From NCBI GenBank assembly GCA_964016885.1, contig OZ024740.1:362266001-362330000 (forward strand): 64,000 nt of DNA. Direction: 5' to 3'. Positions 50,716 to 63,812 of the stretch are shown piece by piece; positions within the stretch are counted from its first letter, which is position 1, and each line of letters starts with the position of its first letter. Under the pieces are notes generated by a model. That model did no database searches. It was not told the origin of the DNA and saw only the letters and a program-made list of their open reading frames with translations. Made by a program: the position numbers and the translations under genes. The DNA is from Eledone cirrhosa. Its lineage: Eukaryota.

Positions 50716-51690
50716 AAAATAATAATAAAATAATAATGAAAATATTGTGTACAGTGCTCAGGTGCACTACAACTCATCAAAAGTGTATGTATAGTACATA
50801 GGCTAATGTACAAACGTCAGGAAAATGAACAGTGCATGAGTCATGATATACACATGTGTGCATGTGTATGGAAGGGGGACATCAGGTGTAGTTTTGGAAA
50901 ATTTCAGGAAGCATGAGGGTTTTAAAGGTTGCAGTGTCTCAGCAGCTAACAACTGACGCAAGCAGTTTGTTCCATGCTTCAGCAACTCTAAGCGTGAAAA
51001 AATGTTTCCGAAAGTCATGGGAGCTGTGCTGTTTTCTGATTTTGTAGGCATCTCCACGTGTGTTAGACACATGGAGATCATAAAGGTGCTCAGGGTTGTT
51101 GTTGGCGAGATGGTTAATAACTTTGTGGGTGTTTACCAAGTCCATTGCCAGACGTCGGAGCTTCAATGAATCCATGCCCAGGGAAGCAAGGCATTCAGAG
51201 TATGGTAGGTGTCTGATGGAGGGTATGCGTTTGGTTGCACGTCTCTGAACAGTTTCCAGGAGGTCAATGTTCTGAGAAAGATAGGGGTTCCAGACTGATG
51301 ATGCGAATTCCAAGTTGGTCGTACCATAGCTGTATACAGCTTTAAATAGATGGCTGGAGAGCGGCTAACAAAGATCTTGCTGAGTGATGCCAAGACACCC
51401 TCGGCCTTCTTGACAATCTTAGAGACGTGCTTTGTCCAACTCAAATGACTGCTGACAGTAATGCCCAGGTCATGTTCACAAGAGGACTTCTTGATATCAG
51501 TGTTGTGGAGGGAGTATGTGAACGCTGGATTTTTCCTCCGAAAATGCATGGTGGTACACTTGTCCACAGCCAGCTTCAGTTGCCAGTCTATGATCCATTG
51601 CTGCATTGTGTCCAGGTCTGATTGTAGGAAAGAGTTCTAGATTTCAGGATCAGTCCTTTTGATTTCAAGGTACAGCTTGATGTCATCTGT
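50716..51690 (-). mobile_element. 5'-truncated CR1-clade LINE
   Basis: YTDDIKLY, LQSDLD, DLGI, LEFASSVWNPY, LETVQRRATK and FFTLRV..WNKL motifs, with a frameshift and (ATT)n tail. A related tail lies at about 25760-25858. Confidence 0.93.
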
Positions 51691-51808
51691 GTATATATCT
51701 ATATAGATATATACACATATATATATATATATATAGAGAGAGATATATAGAGAGAGAGATGTATATATATAGATATGTATAGATAGATAAATGTAAGTAT
51801 GCACACAT

Positions 51809-51893
<85 letters not shown>

Positions 51894-52062
51894 CACACAT
51901 ATGGGTTATATCGAACACTAATAATAATGTTCAATTCGTTTGTAAACAAATGGCCTGATTTGAAGCTGTGCCATGCCGGTGACCGATTGTCACCTGTTTG
52001 TTCAATACTGGCTTTGAGGAACAAAAAGTACTATATATTTTCAACCGTTCAACAGACTGGCA

Positions 52063-52117
52063 GAGGTATACAGCCCTGATGAAGGGTAATGACCCAGAAA
52101 CATGTTGATTGTTCCTC
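52063..52117 (+). ncRNA. Degenerate type I hammerhead within an inverted-repeat element (51893-52217)
   Basis: ACAGCC-CTGATGA-A-GGGT/AATG/ACCC-A-GAAA-CATG-TT-GATTGT. The inverted arm starts just 3' of the putative cut site. Confidence 0.65.
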
Positions 52118-52225
52118 AAAGCCAGTATTGAATAAACAGGTGATGATCGGTCACTGGCACAGCTTCAAACTGTGCCATTTTAGTATTCAATATAACCCAT
52201 ACATACATATGTGTGTGTATGTATT

Positions 52226-52291
<66 letters not shown>

Positions 52292-52294
<3 letters not shown>

Positions 52295-53446
52295 TCATCA
52301 TCATCATCATCATCAACGTTTAACGTCCATGTTCCATGCTTGCATGGGTTTGGACGGGAGTTTTCCCACTTGAGGCAAGAGTGGTTGTCTTGCTCGCATA
52401 GGACTGTCTGGCGGGTTTTCTACAGCTGGATGCCCTTCCTAACACCAACCACATTTACAGTGTGGGACTGGAAGGTTTTTACCGTGTTGCCTACACGGCC
52501 ACATTACAGCATGGACTGTGTGTTTTTATGTCGTGACACCTATACAATCTCATTTGTTTCGGCCTGGGTGTTGTGGCATCAACATAACTTTACATTGAAA
52601 GGGGCGATGTGGATGGGGTGTGTGTGTGTGTGTGGGGGGGGGGGGGGTATTTTGTTAGAGATGCCTACTGACTGTAGTAGGTTTTATTTTGTATTTAGGT
52701 AAGCTGGGTCTTCTCTGTTACTGAGTACCGCCAAAGATCTCGGTCCAGTGACATTGTCTTGGAGAGGTGTAAGTGTGTGAGGTCGGAATTTATCAGGTCG
52801 TCGCAGGTTTTTCTGGGTCTGCCTACTCCGTGGCTACCGTCTATCTTTATTGCCCTGCACTTTTTTATACGGCTGTCATCTTTCATGCGCATCACGTGAC
52901 CATACCAACGTAGCCTTCTCTCAAGTAAACAACATCTGATCCCTCTTATTTCTAATTTTTCCCTTAGTTCGTTTATGCTTTGCCGTTCACGTATATTACT
53001 ATTACACATCCAGCGGAGCATGCAAGCTTCGTTCCTCTCTAGTCTGCGTATATCCTCTGCACACAATGCCCAGGTCTCACTGCCATGCAACATTGCTGTT
53101 CGTATGCAGGCATCATACAGCCTGCCTTTCATTTTTAGGGAGAACCCTTTAGCAGCTAATAGTGGTATAAGCTCTCTGAACTTTTTCCATCCAGTTCTGA
53201 CTCTAGCTACTGTACTTTCAGAGCACCCTCCCCCACTGCTGATTTTGTCACCCAGGTAACGGAAGCTGTCCACTATTTCTATAGAACCCTCTGCGCAATT
53301 GAAAGAGCTAGTATTTTGTGGGCACTTGCTGCTACTTATTGCACCAGAGCACATGTAAAATCTATGTTCTTAGTTAGCTTACCTGTGATCCCACTACATC
53401 TTTTATGCACCCATACATTGCATTTGGGACATAAAATGGAGTTTCT
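52292..53446 (-). mobile_element. 5'-truncated RTE LINE subfamily A
   Basis: Highly similar to 18348-19615, with a small deletion near 53351 that shifts the frame. Confidence 0.95.
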
Positions 53447-53546
53447 ATATATATATATGTGTGTGTGTGTGTACGTGTTCATACTTACATTTATGTATAA
53501 GCCGTGCTAGGGCGAGAAATAAAATTCTAATTTTATATATATATAT

Positions 53547-53750
53547 ATTAAAATAACAGATTAAAGTTTAAGCAAAGAATCGCTGTTTTCACCCTTAACG
53601 GGATCTTCTGAGTTTCAGAAGATCCCGTTAAGGGTGAAAGCTTAAACTTTAATCTGTTATTTTAATAAATATTTGCTCTACGGTTCTTATATATTTGATA
53701 TCGAGCCCTCTTTGGATTTTAGTCTTCAAATTTATTATTATTACTATATA
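53547..53750. mobile_element. Non-coding Penelope-like repeat family, copy 3 (fold-back)
   Basis: 53547-53610 is inverted relative to 53616-53664, and both match 9937-10001. Confidence 0.75.
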
Positions 53751-54332
53751 TACTACTTATCATGGTCCTTGCACACATGGCCTCACCACTTGTCATGGTT
53801 CCTTGTTATTTGGCACACAGCCCAACATAGAACAGCCCCAATCTTTGTTGTTGTGTATATAAGGATTTTAAAGGCATGCATGTATGTATGTGTGTAAGAG
53901 AGAGAGTGTGTGAAAGAGAAAGTGTGTGTGTGTGAGAGAGAGAAAAAGCGAGTGAGATACAAACATGCTCACACACACACACACACACACTCACACATAT
54001 TTATATATTTATAGGAAGAGAGAGTGTGCGTGCGAGGGAAAGAGAAACATAAACATGCCTCAATTCACAATTTACAAATTGTTGAACTTTTTAAATAGTC
54101 GATATATCAAAAGTGTTTTTTTAAATAGTAGAAAATTACTCAAATTGTTTTTGAAACTGTTACATTTATATCTAATACAAAAACATTTGAAACTGTCACG
54201 TGTGTATTTAAAATAAAAACATTTGAAAATATTTACAAATACTATAGCATGTTTGTCAAACAATAAGGAAATATAGTTGATAGCTATAAATTAATTATTT
54301 GATTATGATTACTAACTACTTGATAACCAGAA

Positions 54333-54730
54333 GGCTGTATTATTCATAAGGCTCTAGGCTGAAGCTTAGGTGACTCCCCAGTGTTTAGAGGGCCATCAAT
54401 TTTTGGTTTTGCTGTAGTGGAATGAAATATTGAAGTGACAGAGGAGGCCCAAAATATCTGAGGTCCTAGGGTCCTGATCATTTTTGTTATTGTTGTTGAT
54501 TAAAAGATTTGAGTGACAAAAGGAGCTTGAAATACCTGAAAACCTTGAAGCCGGTAAATTTTTCTTTTGTTTTAGTGTGATGAAAGATTGAAATGTCAGA
54601 GGGCCCCAAAAGTATCTAAGTGCCTAGAAGTTGGTCAATTTTTATTTTGCTGTAGTGGGGTGAAAGATTTAAGTGCCAGAGGCTGCCTGAATTACCTGAA
54701 AGCCTAGGTCTCAGCCATGTATAATACATA
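54333..54730. mobile_element. Putative MITE with internal diverged tandem units of about 80 bp
   Basis: Recurrent TGTAGTG..ATGAAAGATTGAAGTGACAGAGG.CCC units and weak terminal inverted similarity. Confidence 0.45.
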
Positions 54731-55715
54731 CCAAAATGATTGTTAGTAAGTATAACAACATATCAGGAATTTTTTTTTTTTTATTTGACTTTTTAAAGTA
54801 TTTTCTAATGAGAGCTGGATTTGTTTATGTGGCTTTAATTACACACACAAAAAAAAAAAAATCAATTAAAATATCTTTACACGAATATTATTTACTTGCC
54901 TTATAATCATTTGCCTTTGTAGTTAAACACTTACAGCTGTTGTACATATACTAACAAAGACGTATAATTTATTTTTAAGTTGAGTTAATAATAATTTTGA
55001 AAAACATATAATTTAATCCATTAAATTAAATGAAAGCTTTTCATTATGAGAAAGGTGTAGAATGAATGTATTTTTTGTGTGTTACATAATTGATAGAAAA
55101 TAATAATGTAAAATGACAATATATTAGTAAACATAGAAAATAGAAGTAATTGTGAAACAATTTTTAAAAAGTGGTAACATTTTCTACCTACATTCATTTT
55201 CTCTTGAAACTGTATAAATGAAATTATAAAATATTCCAGTGGTTTTATAGATTTGAATTTCTGAATATTATACCCAAATTTGCTGAAGCACAACAAATAT
55301 TCTGTCTTTGAACTAGTAGCTTTAATCAGTCAGGACTATGGCCTAGCTGTTTCCTTAGAAGTCATGCTTGAATTATTAAACAGTGTAAAAGAGACAACAC
55401 ATAACCGCAAATAAATTCAAGTCCAGCACACTTAGTAATTTAGCTTGCCAATCAGAAATTGGCATGACTGTCTGTTGAGTCTTCCATGACAACCTAAGTA
55501 TGTATGATTGAGAAGGGCATTTGCAAGCATAATTATATATATTGCATATTTTCATGCATATATATATATATATGTATATACCTATCTGTATATATTTACA
55601 TATACATATATACATATATCATATATATTTATTTATTTATGTATACCTCTCTCTCTCTCGTTATATATTTATGCATGTGTGTGTGTATGTATGTTTATAT
55701 GTATATGTATGTATA

Positions 55716-55840
<125 letters not shown>

Positions 55841-56279
55841 GAGTGCATATAAATACATACTTTTGGTGGTGGGGGTGAGTGGGTAAGATTGGATCGTTAG
55901 GAACATGTTAACTGTTAAAACTGATTAGATTAGATGGTTTGTAGCAGGAAACAGTGATATCAGTTTATCTAAAACTGTTATCCTATATCATCAAAACTGC
56001 TATCTGATGTCCCTAAAACAATGCTTGTTTTCCATTTAATTTCACTAACGAACCCTTTGCTAAAAGTAATCACCTCTCTTGGTACACTATAATTGCTTCT
56101 TTCGGGGTTCCTTTCTCAAGAACTACTTATAATCTTTCAGGTAGCACCGAGGAGAAGGAGAAGAAGCAGAAGGAGAGCAATTATTTTGAAACATATATAG
56201 CTTTTTATCATTAATAGTATTATTTTTATTGGTTTATGAGAAATGATTTGGTGGTGGTGGTGTTGGTGGTAATGTGAGT

Positions 56280-59160
56280 TAGTGCAGTTGTGGAAGTGGT
56301 TGTGGTTGTGGCTAAGGTTTTTGTGATGTTGTTATGATGGTGTTGGTGCTGTTGGTGGTGGTGAGGGCAGAGATTGTGGTGCTGGCAGTGGTTGTGGTTG
56401 TGGTTGTGGCTGAGGTTGTTGTGATGTTGTTGGTGCTGTTGGTAGTGGTGGCAGAGATTGTGGTGGTGGCAGAGGTTGTGGTTGTGGCTGAGGTTGTTGT
56501 GATGTTGTTATGATGGTGTTGGTGCTGTTGGTGGTGGTGAGGGCAGAGATTGTGGTGCTGGCAGTGGTTGTGGTTGTGGTTGTGGCTGAGGTTGTTGTGA
56601 TGTTGTTGGTGCTGTTGGTAGTGGAGACAGAGGTTGTGGTGGTGGCAGAGGTTGTGGTTGTGGCTGAGGTTGTTGTGATGTTGTTGGTGCTGTTGGTAGT
56701 GGAGACAGAGATTGTGGTGGTGGCAGTGGTTGTGGTTGTGGCTGAGGTAGTTGTGATGTTGTTGGTGCTGTTGGTAGTGGTGGCAGAGATTGTGGTGGTG
56801 GCAGAGGTTGTGGTTGTGGCTGAGGTAGTTGTGTTGTTGTTGGTGCTGTTGGTAGTGGTGGCAGAGGTTGTGGTGGTGGCAGAGGTTGTGGTTGTGGCTG
56901 AGGTAGTTGTGTTGTTGTTGGTGCTGTTGGTAGTGGTGGCAGAGATTGTGGTGGTGGCAGAGGTTGTGGTTGTGGCTGAGGTAGTTGTGTTGTTGTTGTT
57001 GCTGTTGGTAGTGGTGGCAGAGGTTGTGGTGGTGGCAGAGGTTGTGGTTGTGGCTGAGGTAGTTGTGTTGTTGTTGGTGCTGTTGGTAGTGGTAGCAGAG
57101 ATTGTGGTGGTGGCAGTGGTTGTGGTTGTGGCTGAGGTTGTTGTGATGTTGTTGGTGCTGTTGGTAGTGGTGGCAGAGATTGTGGTGGTGGCAGAGGTTG
57201 TGGTTGTGGCTGAGGTAGTTGTGTTGTTGTTGGTGCTGTTGGTAGTGGTAGCAGAGATTGTGGTGGTGGCAGTGGTTGTGGTTGTGGCTGAGGTTGTTGT
57301 GATGTTGTTGGTGCTGTTGGTAGTGGTGGCAGAGATTGTGGTGGTGGCAGAGGTTGTGGTTGTGGCTGAGGTAGTTGTGTTGTTGTTGGTGCTGTTGGTA
57401 GTGGTGGCAGAGATTGTGGTGGTGGCAGAGGTTGTGGTTGTGGCTGAGGTTGTTGTGATGTTGTTGGTGCTGTTGGTAGTGGTGGCAGAGACTGTGGTGG
57501 TGGCAGAGGTTGTGGTTGTGGCTGAGATAGTTGTGATGTTGTTGGTGCTGTTGGTAGTGGAGACAGAGATTGTGGTGGTGGCAGAGGTTGTGGTTGTGGC
57601 TGAGGTTGTTGTGATGTTGTTGGTGCTGTTGGTAGTGGTGGCAGAGATTGTGGTGGTGGCAGTGGTTGTGGTTGTGGTTGTGGCTGAGGTTGTTGTGATG
57701 TTGTTGGTGCTGTTGGTAGTGGTGGCAGAGATTGTGGTGGTGGCAGTGGTTGTGGTTGTGGCTGAGGTAGTTGTGATGTTGTTGGTGCTGTTGGTAGTGG
57801 TGGCAGAGATTGTGGTGGTGGTAGAGGTTGTGGTTGTGGCTGAGGTAGTTGTGTTGTTGTTGTTGCTGTTGGTAGTGGTGGCAGAGATTGTGGTGGTAGC
57901 AGAGGTTGTGGTTGTGGCTGAGGTAGTTGTGTTGTTGTTGGTGCTGTTGGTAGTGGTGGCAGAGATTGTGGTGGTGGCAGAGGTTGTGGTTGTGGCTGAG
58001 GTTGTTGTGATGTTGTTGGTGCTGTTGGTAGTGGTGGCAGAGATTGTGGTGGTGGCAGAGGTTGTGGTTGTGGCTGAGGTAGTTGTGATGTTGTTGATGC
58101 TGTTGGTAGTGGTGGCAGAGATTGTGGTGGTGGCAGAGGTTGTGGTTGTGGCTGAGGTAGTTGTGATGTTGTTGTTGCTGTTGGTAGTGGTGGCAGAGAT
58201 TGTGGTGGTGGCAGAGGTTGTGGTTGTGGCTGAGGTTGTTGTGATGTTGTTGGTGCTGTTGGTGGTGGTGGCAGAGATTGTGGTGGTGGCAGAGGTTGTG
58301 GTTGTGGCTGAGGTAGTTGTGATGTTGTTGTTGCTGTTGGTGGTGGTGGCAGAGATTGTGGTGGTGGCAGAGGTTGTGGTTGTGGCTGAGGTAGTTGTGT
58401 TGTTGTTGGTGCTGTTGGTAGTGGAGACAGAGATTGTGGTGGTGGCAGAGGTTGTGGTTGTGGCTGAGGTAGTTGTGATGTTGTTGGTGCTGTTGGTAGT
58501 GGAGACAGAGATTGTGGTGGTGGCAGAGGTTGTGGTTGTGGCTGAGGTTGTTGTGATGTTGTTGGTGCTGTTGGTAGTGGAGACAGAGATTGTGGTGGTG
58601 GCAGAGGTTGTGGTTGTGGCTGAGGTAGTTGTGATGTTGTTGGTGCTGTTGGTAGTGGTGGCAGAGATTGTGGTGGTGGCAGAGGTTGTGGTTGTGGCTG
58701 AGGTAGTTGTGTTGTTGTTGGTGCTGTTGGTAGTGGAGACAGAGATTGTGGTGGTGGCAGAGGTTGTGGTTGTGGCTGAGATAGTTGTGATGTTGTTGGT
58801 GCTGTTGGTAGTGGAGACAGAGGTTGTGGTGGTGGCAGATGTTGTGGTTGTGGCTGAGGTTGTTATGATGGTGTTGGTGCTGTTGGTGGTGGTGAGGGCA
58901 GAGATTGTGGTGGTGGCAGTGGTTGTGGTTGTGGTTGTGGCTGAGGTAGTTGTGATCTTGTTGTTGCTATTGGTAGTGGTGGCAGAGATTGTGGTGGTGG
59001 CAGAGGTTGTGGTTGTGGCTGAGGTAGTTGTGTTGTTGTTGGTGCTGTTAGTAGTGGTTACAGAGACTGTGGTAGTGGCAGAGGTTGTGGTTGTGGCTGA
59101 GGTAGTTGTGTTGTTGTTGGTGCTGTTAGTAGTGGTTACAGAGACTGTGGTAGTGGTAGT
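56280..59160. repeat. 78-bp minisatellite, about 36 copies
   Basis: 26-codon period visible in ORF 56510-59233. The minus strand reads TNSTNNITTTSATTTTSATTTISATT. Confidence 0.95.
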
Positions 59161-59622
59161 AGTGGTAATGATAATAGAGGTGGTGGTGGTATTTGTGGTA
59201 CTGGAGGTGTTTATGGTGATGGTGGCGGGGTGATTGTGTTGTTGGTGATGGGGGTGGAAATGTTGAAGGTGGTGATGATGATGATACTGTTGGGAAGTTT
59301 ACTATATTTTGTCTTTCTTCTCATCCAGCTCTCAGTGTATTGACTGTGGTTATCAATACTTAATCTTTGAAACTATAGCTGAAAGAGAATTCGCAAAATC
59401 AGTCCAACAATGTCTTCAGTATCATCATCATCATCAACAACAGCAACACAGCAACATTATCACCACCACCACCATCCACCTCCTCTATTCCTCCTTTTCT
59501 TTTTCATAATCACCATCATCATCTCTATCACTACAGCCACCACAACCTCTGCCATCACTACCCCCACCACCCATCATACTCTCGTCTCCATCCTAATCAT
59601 TATCATCACCTCAATTCAAGCT

Positions 59623-60092
59623 TAACCACTTTCTTAACCATATTTCTAATGAAAAACACTGCCTTTAAATTTCAAATAATTTTGAAATAATCAAGAATTT
59701 GGAGTGATTTTGTAAAGTAATTTCTTCTCTATTAAGTTGGTGTTTAGAATATAATTTAGAAAAGGTTTTTACACAAAATTATGATGAATGGGTTTAGTAA
59801 GACCCCTATGTGTAGCTCCTGACCAGTATTGAACCCCAAAACAGGTCACCATTCATTTTGAAATGAACAGTTTTGTACAGTTTCTGGTAGTTTGATATTA
59901 TAATAGTTGATTACATTTGTTTGGTATTGTTATCTGTTGACTTTTGATAATTTATCTTCATATACCTTACATTGAAAAGTACATTCAAAATTAAACAAAT
60001 GATTGTCCAATGGCTAAGTTTAATTCTTCCAAGCTAGGTTTGAATTGTAGAAAAAGTAGCAGTTTCAGCTGATTTGGTATTAAAAGGGTTAA
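59623..60092. mobile_element. AT-rich TTAA-bounded MITE-like repeat family member
   Basis: TTAACC...AAAGGGTTAA ends. Related segments occur near 3190, 16650-16910 and 17190-17450. Confidence 0.45.
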
Positions 60093-61394
60093 GACACATT
60101 TTGTAGTGTTATAGGGTTTCTCTTCTAAGCCTTTCTTGAAGTATGTTAGTGACAGTAATTATAGGGTTGTGCAAAACTTCATGGGTGGGGCTGGCCTTAA
60201 GAAGTGTGGTGCCTAATTGGGAGTTACATATACATTGTAATGTTTTTTTGTGTACTTGAGAAGCCAAGAGTTGGTTACACTAGTTTTGGTCCCCCTTAGG
60301 AGATGTAGGGTCCAATTAAGAGTTATATGAGTATATAGATTGCGTTATGTTATTGTGTGTACTTAATGAGCTTAGAGAAGATTACTCTATATTGGGGATG
60401 CCCTAGCTGGTGCTGGACTCAGTTGGGAGTTACATATATATCTTCAATGTGTTATTGTGTATAATTAATTGTTTCTACTTTGGGCTCAAGGCAAGCAATT
60501 TGAAGCAGGGGTGGGTGGGGATTAACCCCCCTCCCCCTCATGCATTACTGTTGCTTTATTTATTGATCCCTTAAGGATGGAAGGCAAAGCTAACCTCGGT
60601 GGGATTTGAACTCAGAACATAAAGGGCTGTAACTCTAGGCTGCAAAGCATGTTGTCCAACCCTCTACCAATTCCATTGTGTATAATTAATTGTTTCTACT
60701 TTTGGCATTACTGGTACTTTATTTTATCGACTCTGTATGGATGAAAGGCAAAGTTAACCTCGGCGGGATTTGAACTCAGATCTTAAAGGGACGTAACTCT
60801 ATGCTTCAAAGCATGGTGTCTGACGCTCTACCGATACTGCCAGGGCCAAGAGTAGATGATCATAAGCTGAGCCCTCGAACAAGGTGTGGGGTCCAGTTGC
60901 ATGTTACATATATATTTGCAATGTGTTGTTATGTGTAATTGATGAGCTGAGAAATATTTACTCCAAGGTCCCCTTAGTATGTGTGAGGCTCAATTAGAAG
61001 CAATTGTCCAAAGTAGATTAAGTTTCAGATAGAATATCACAAGTGAGGGAATACTTATTGCAGAGTTCAACCTGTAAGATCTTGATCTTTTTATTTAATA
61101 AATTCTACTCCATGTATTTGATTCTGTAGCTGTTGTTTAGCTGATTCTCAATGATATACAACATTCAAATGTTGTCTGTACTGATCATACACTATGTATG
61201 TATGTATGAATGTATGTATGTTTGTATGTATGTATGTATATGTGTATGTGTGTAAGTATGTATGTATGTATGTATGTGTGTATGTATGTATGTCCTACCA
61301 CTCGTTCAGCGCATCGGTAGGGGTTCTCTTACATGGATATAAAGTAGTGGCCATACTCGAAAACGAGTTGGCAGCCACCATGTATGTATGTATG

Positions 61395-62740
61395 TTCTCT
61401 CTTTCTCTTCATTTTGAGTTTATATTTGACTAGCCACCTTCCTAGTGGAAAGGTTATAAAGTAAGGAAATTATCATCAATTGTGCAATTATTCATCCTTT
61501 GAATCATAAGAATGTTTTACAGATTTTGAATGTTTTAGATAGCATGACCATTCGTAGCTTATGAATTAAGGAGCCGTGTTCTGTCTCCACAAATCGAAGT
61601 TCAGTCATACATTGATTCAGGCAGGTTGATATATATCCTATAGCTCCAATAATAATTGGTATCAAACTGAATGTATATTTTGGGTACTGGATCTGCCAAC
61701 TCCTCATCAATGGTCAATAGATATTCTCCTCCCCTTATATTTTTCTTACTGAATTAATATCAAGTGGACGGCTGACTTCTACAACAAAACATGTTTTTAA
61801 TATGCAGTTCCAAACAACAATATCGAGCCAGTTGTGTAGCAGTCTTTATTCTTAGGTTTCCCTAATATTCATTTGAGCCATCGGTCTCAACATATTCCTT
61901 TGTTGTTATTTTCAACTTCTACACTGCATTTCAGAGTGTTACCAAATCATACCTCATTGAAAAGTAGTAACTAGAAGACATTTTTTTTCATAGTTGGCAA
62001 TGATATGCCTAACATATTCGGTTTTTGTTTTGCACAGCCTACATTTATTGTCAATATGACTTCCTAGTTTGTGTAGTAGGTACTTGGTGAGGATTTCTTT
62101 TTCCTGGATTGCATGGAGATATCCTTTAAGGTCGGATGTATGAACTTATCGGAACTCCATGATAGGCTTTTAGTATTGTGTATCCCCTCTATGGAGTACA
62201 TTTATTGTTTCAAATAGCCATGTAAAACCTTCTCAGTGAATTGATCTATTTTCTTTTGTGCAAGCATTGAGTAAAGTTTTTCAATGTTCCTGCACGAGAT
62301 TTGTATCAGATTTTATTTTGTATCCCTCCTTTAGATCAGTGGCTATCCTAACAATGTTGTTATTTTCATGCTCATAAACCTGGGTGAGATGATTGCTGAC
62401 CTTTTCCTTCCATGATACTATCCAGGTTTCATATGGATTTTAGACTTCAGCTACCTTCCTTCCGTGGGAAATGTAGCCTATCTACCTCACTATTACAGTA
62501 ACACTGAGCAGCTTGTGAGTCCTTATCCATCTCATTCAATTCTTGCAGTGATCAGTTCAGCAGGCTAAATGTTGGTGTTAAGATCATATTATGGGCAATG
62601 TGTTTGTGGTATGCTGAGATCTCTGATGATTATATTCTCTTTACTCTCCTGAAGTATTCATTCCAGGTCCTTATTTAGGGGACCTTTGATCTGACATTCT
62701 TATTCTGTCCAAGATGCCTATAATTGACACCTGACTGTAG
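61395..62740 (-). mobile_element. Degenerate R4/Dong-like non-LTR retrotransposon (RT thumb, zinc knuckle, REL endonuclease)
   Basis: Minus-strand motifs RLHFPRKEG, GYLHAIQEKEILTK, CRLCK..E.V.HII, HNWLDIVVWN..KTCFVVEVS.P.D and IPIIIGAIGY...KICKTFL. Many disruptions. Confidence 0.85.
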
Positions 62741-62984
62741 AGGTTGTATCGTTAAACCATTCAAGTTTAGATTTTCAGAGGAGGGCACAACTTTTCTGTT
62801 TTATTGTCAAAAACGTGTATTTGGATTCACCAAATTTCTGTGAAAAATTGAGAGTATGTATGTGTATATGGTATTCATTTGCAACTTTCAACTACTAATT
62901 TATGCATATTTTTAAAACTTTCATAGTCAGTCTTTTTTTGCTTGAAAACAATAACCATTTTGGCATTCGTTTCTTGCAGAATAA

Positions 62985-63690
62985 TTGACTATGGGCAATT
63001 TTGAACCCCTCAATTTGTGGAAAAGGCATAGATTTCTTGGAATCTGTGCCAGAAGGACAAACAAGGAGATTTCTGACTTCCCCAACATCAGCAGAAGGAT
63101 GGTGGAAAAGGTCAGAAAGGAGCTGGAAGATTCAGGATTCAACTATGAAGCAACAGCAGAAAGGAACGCCCATGGTTGACAATCTGACACCGTCAGAACA
63201 CCAGAGTTCATCACCAAAGTCCAGATGATCATCAACAATGATCCTAGCAAGCCGATGCATGCCATTGCAAGGGAGAAAGGTGTGGTTGAAATGCTCATCA
63301 GTCTGGTGGTGCATGAAGATATTCACTACTTTTCATACAAGATGACAAAGGGACAATATCTATCCAAGGCAATGCAAGAAAAGCAACTCAAGCACATCAA
63401 CAAGCTGATCAACAAGCTGAAACACCCACTGGAGCCAGACATTCTGTGGTTCTCCAATGAGAAGAACTTCTACCAAGACCAGAAGATCAACTCCCAGAAT
63501 AAGCGGTAGCTTGCTGTCTCACACTGGGACATGTCCAGAGTCATGCAGACAAAGTTTCCAGTGACAGTGTCTTTGGTGTTGTCAGTAGTGAAGGTGATAT
63601 CATGCGACCCCACTTCTTACCTGAGGGCCTCAGGCTGAACACCGACAGCTACATCCACATTCTGAGCAAGGAGGTGAAGCCTGGATTGAT
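62985..63690 (+). pseudogene. Tc1/mariner superfamily (maT/DD37D-like) transposase relic
   Basis: HTH-like N-terminus, WFSNEKNF.QDQK.NSQN.R, VMQTKFP and GVVSSEG..RPHF...GLRLNT..Y motifs. Has stops and frameshifts and is truncated. Confidence 0.88.
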
Positions 63691-63694
63691 AGGC

Positions 63695-63812
63695 TTTTAA
63701 TATGGTTTATCCCCTATTTTTCACTCCAATAAGAACATGTATTTTGGGTAGTGGATCTGCAAACTCCTCATAAATGATTCGTAGGTATCCTCTTTCTCTT
63801 TTATTTTTATGC
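63695..63812 (-). mobile_element. Second diverged R4/Dong-like fragment
   Basis: Aligns with 61630-61745 (TATTTTGGGTA.TGGATCTGC.AACTCCTCAT). Confidence 0.65.

Noticed and set aside
56510-59233. 907-aa Val/Leu-rich ORF on the + strand
   Set aside because: By-product of a stop-free G/T-rich minisatellite with implausible composition.
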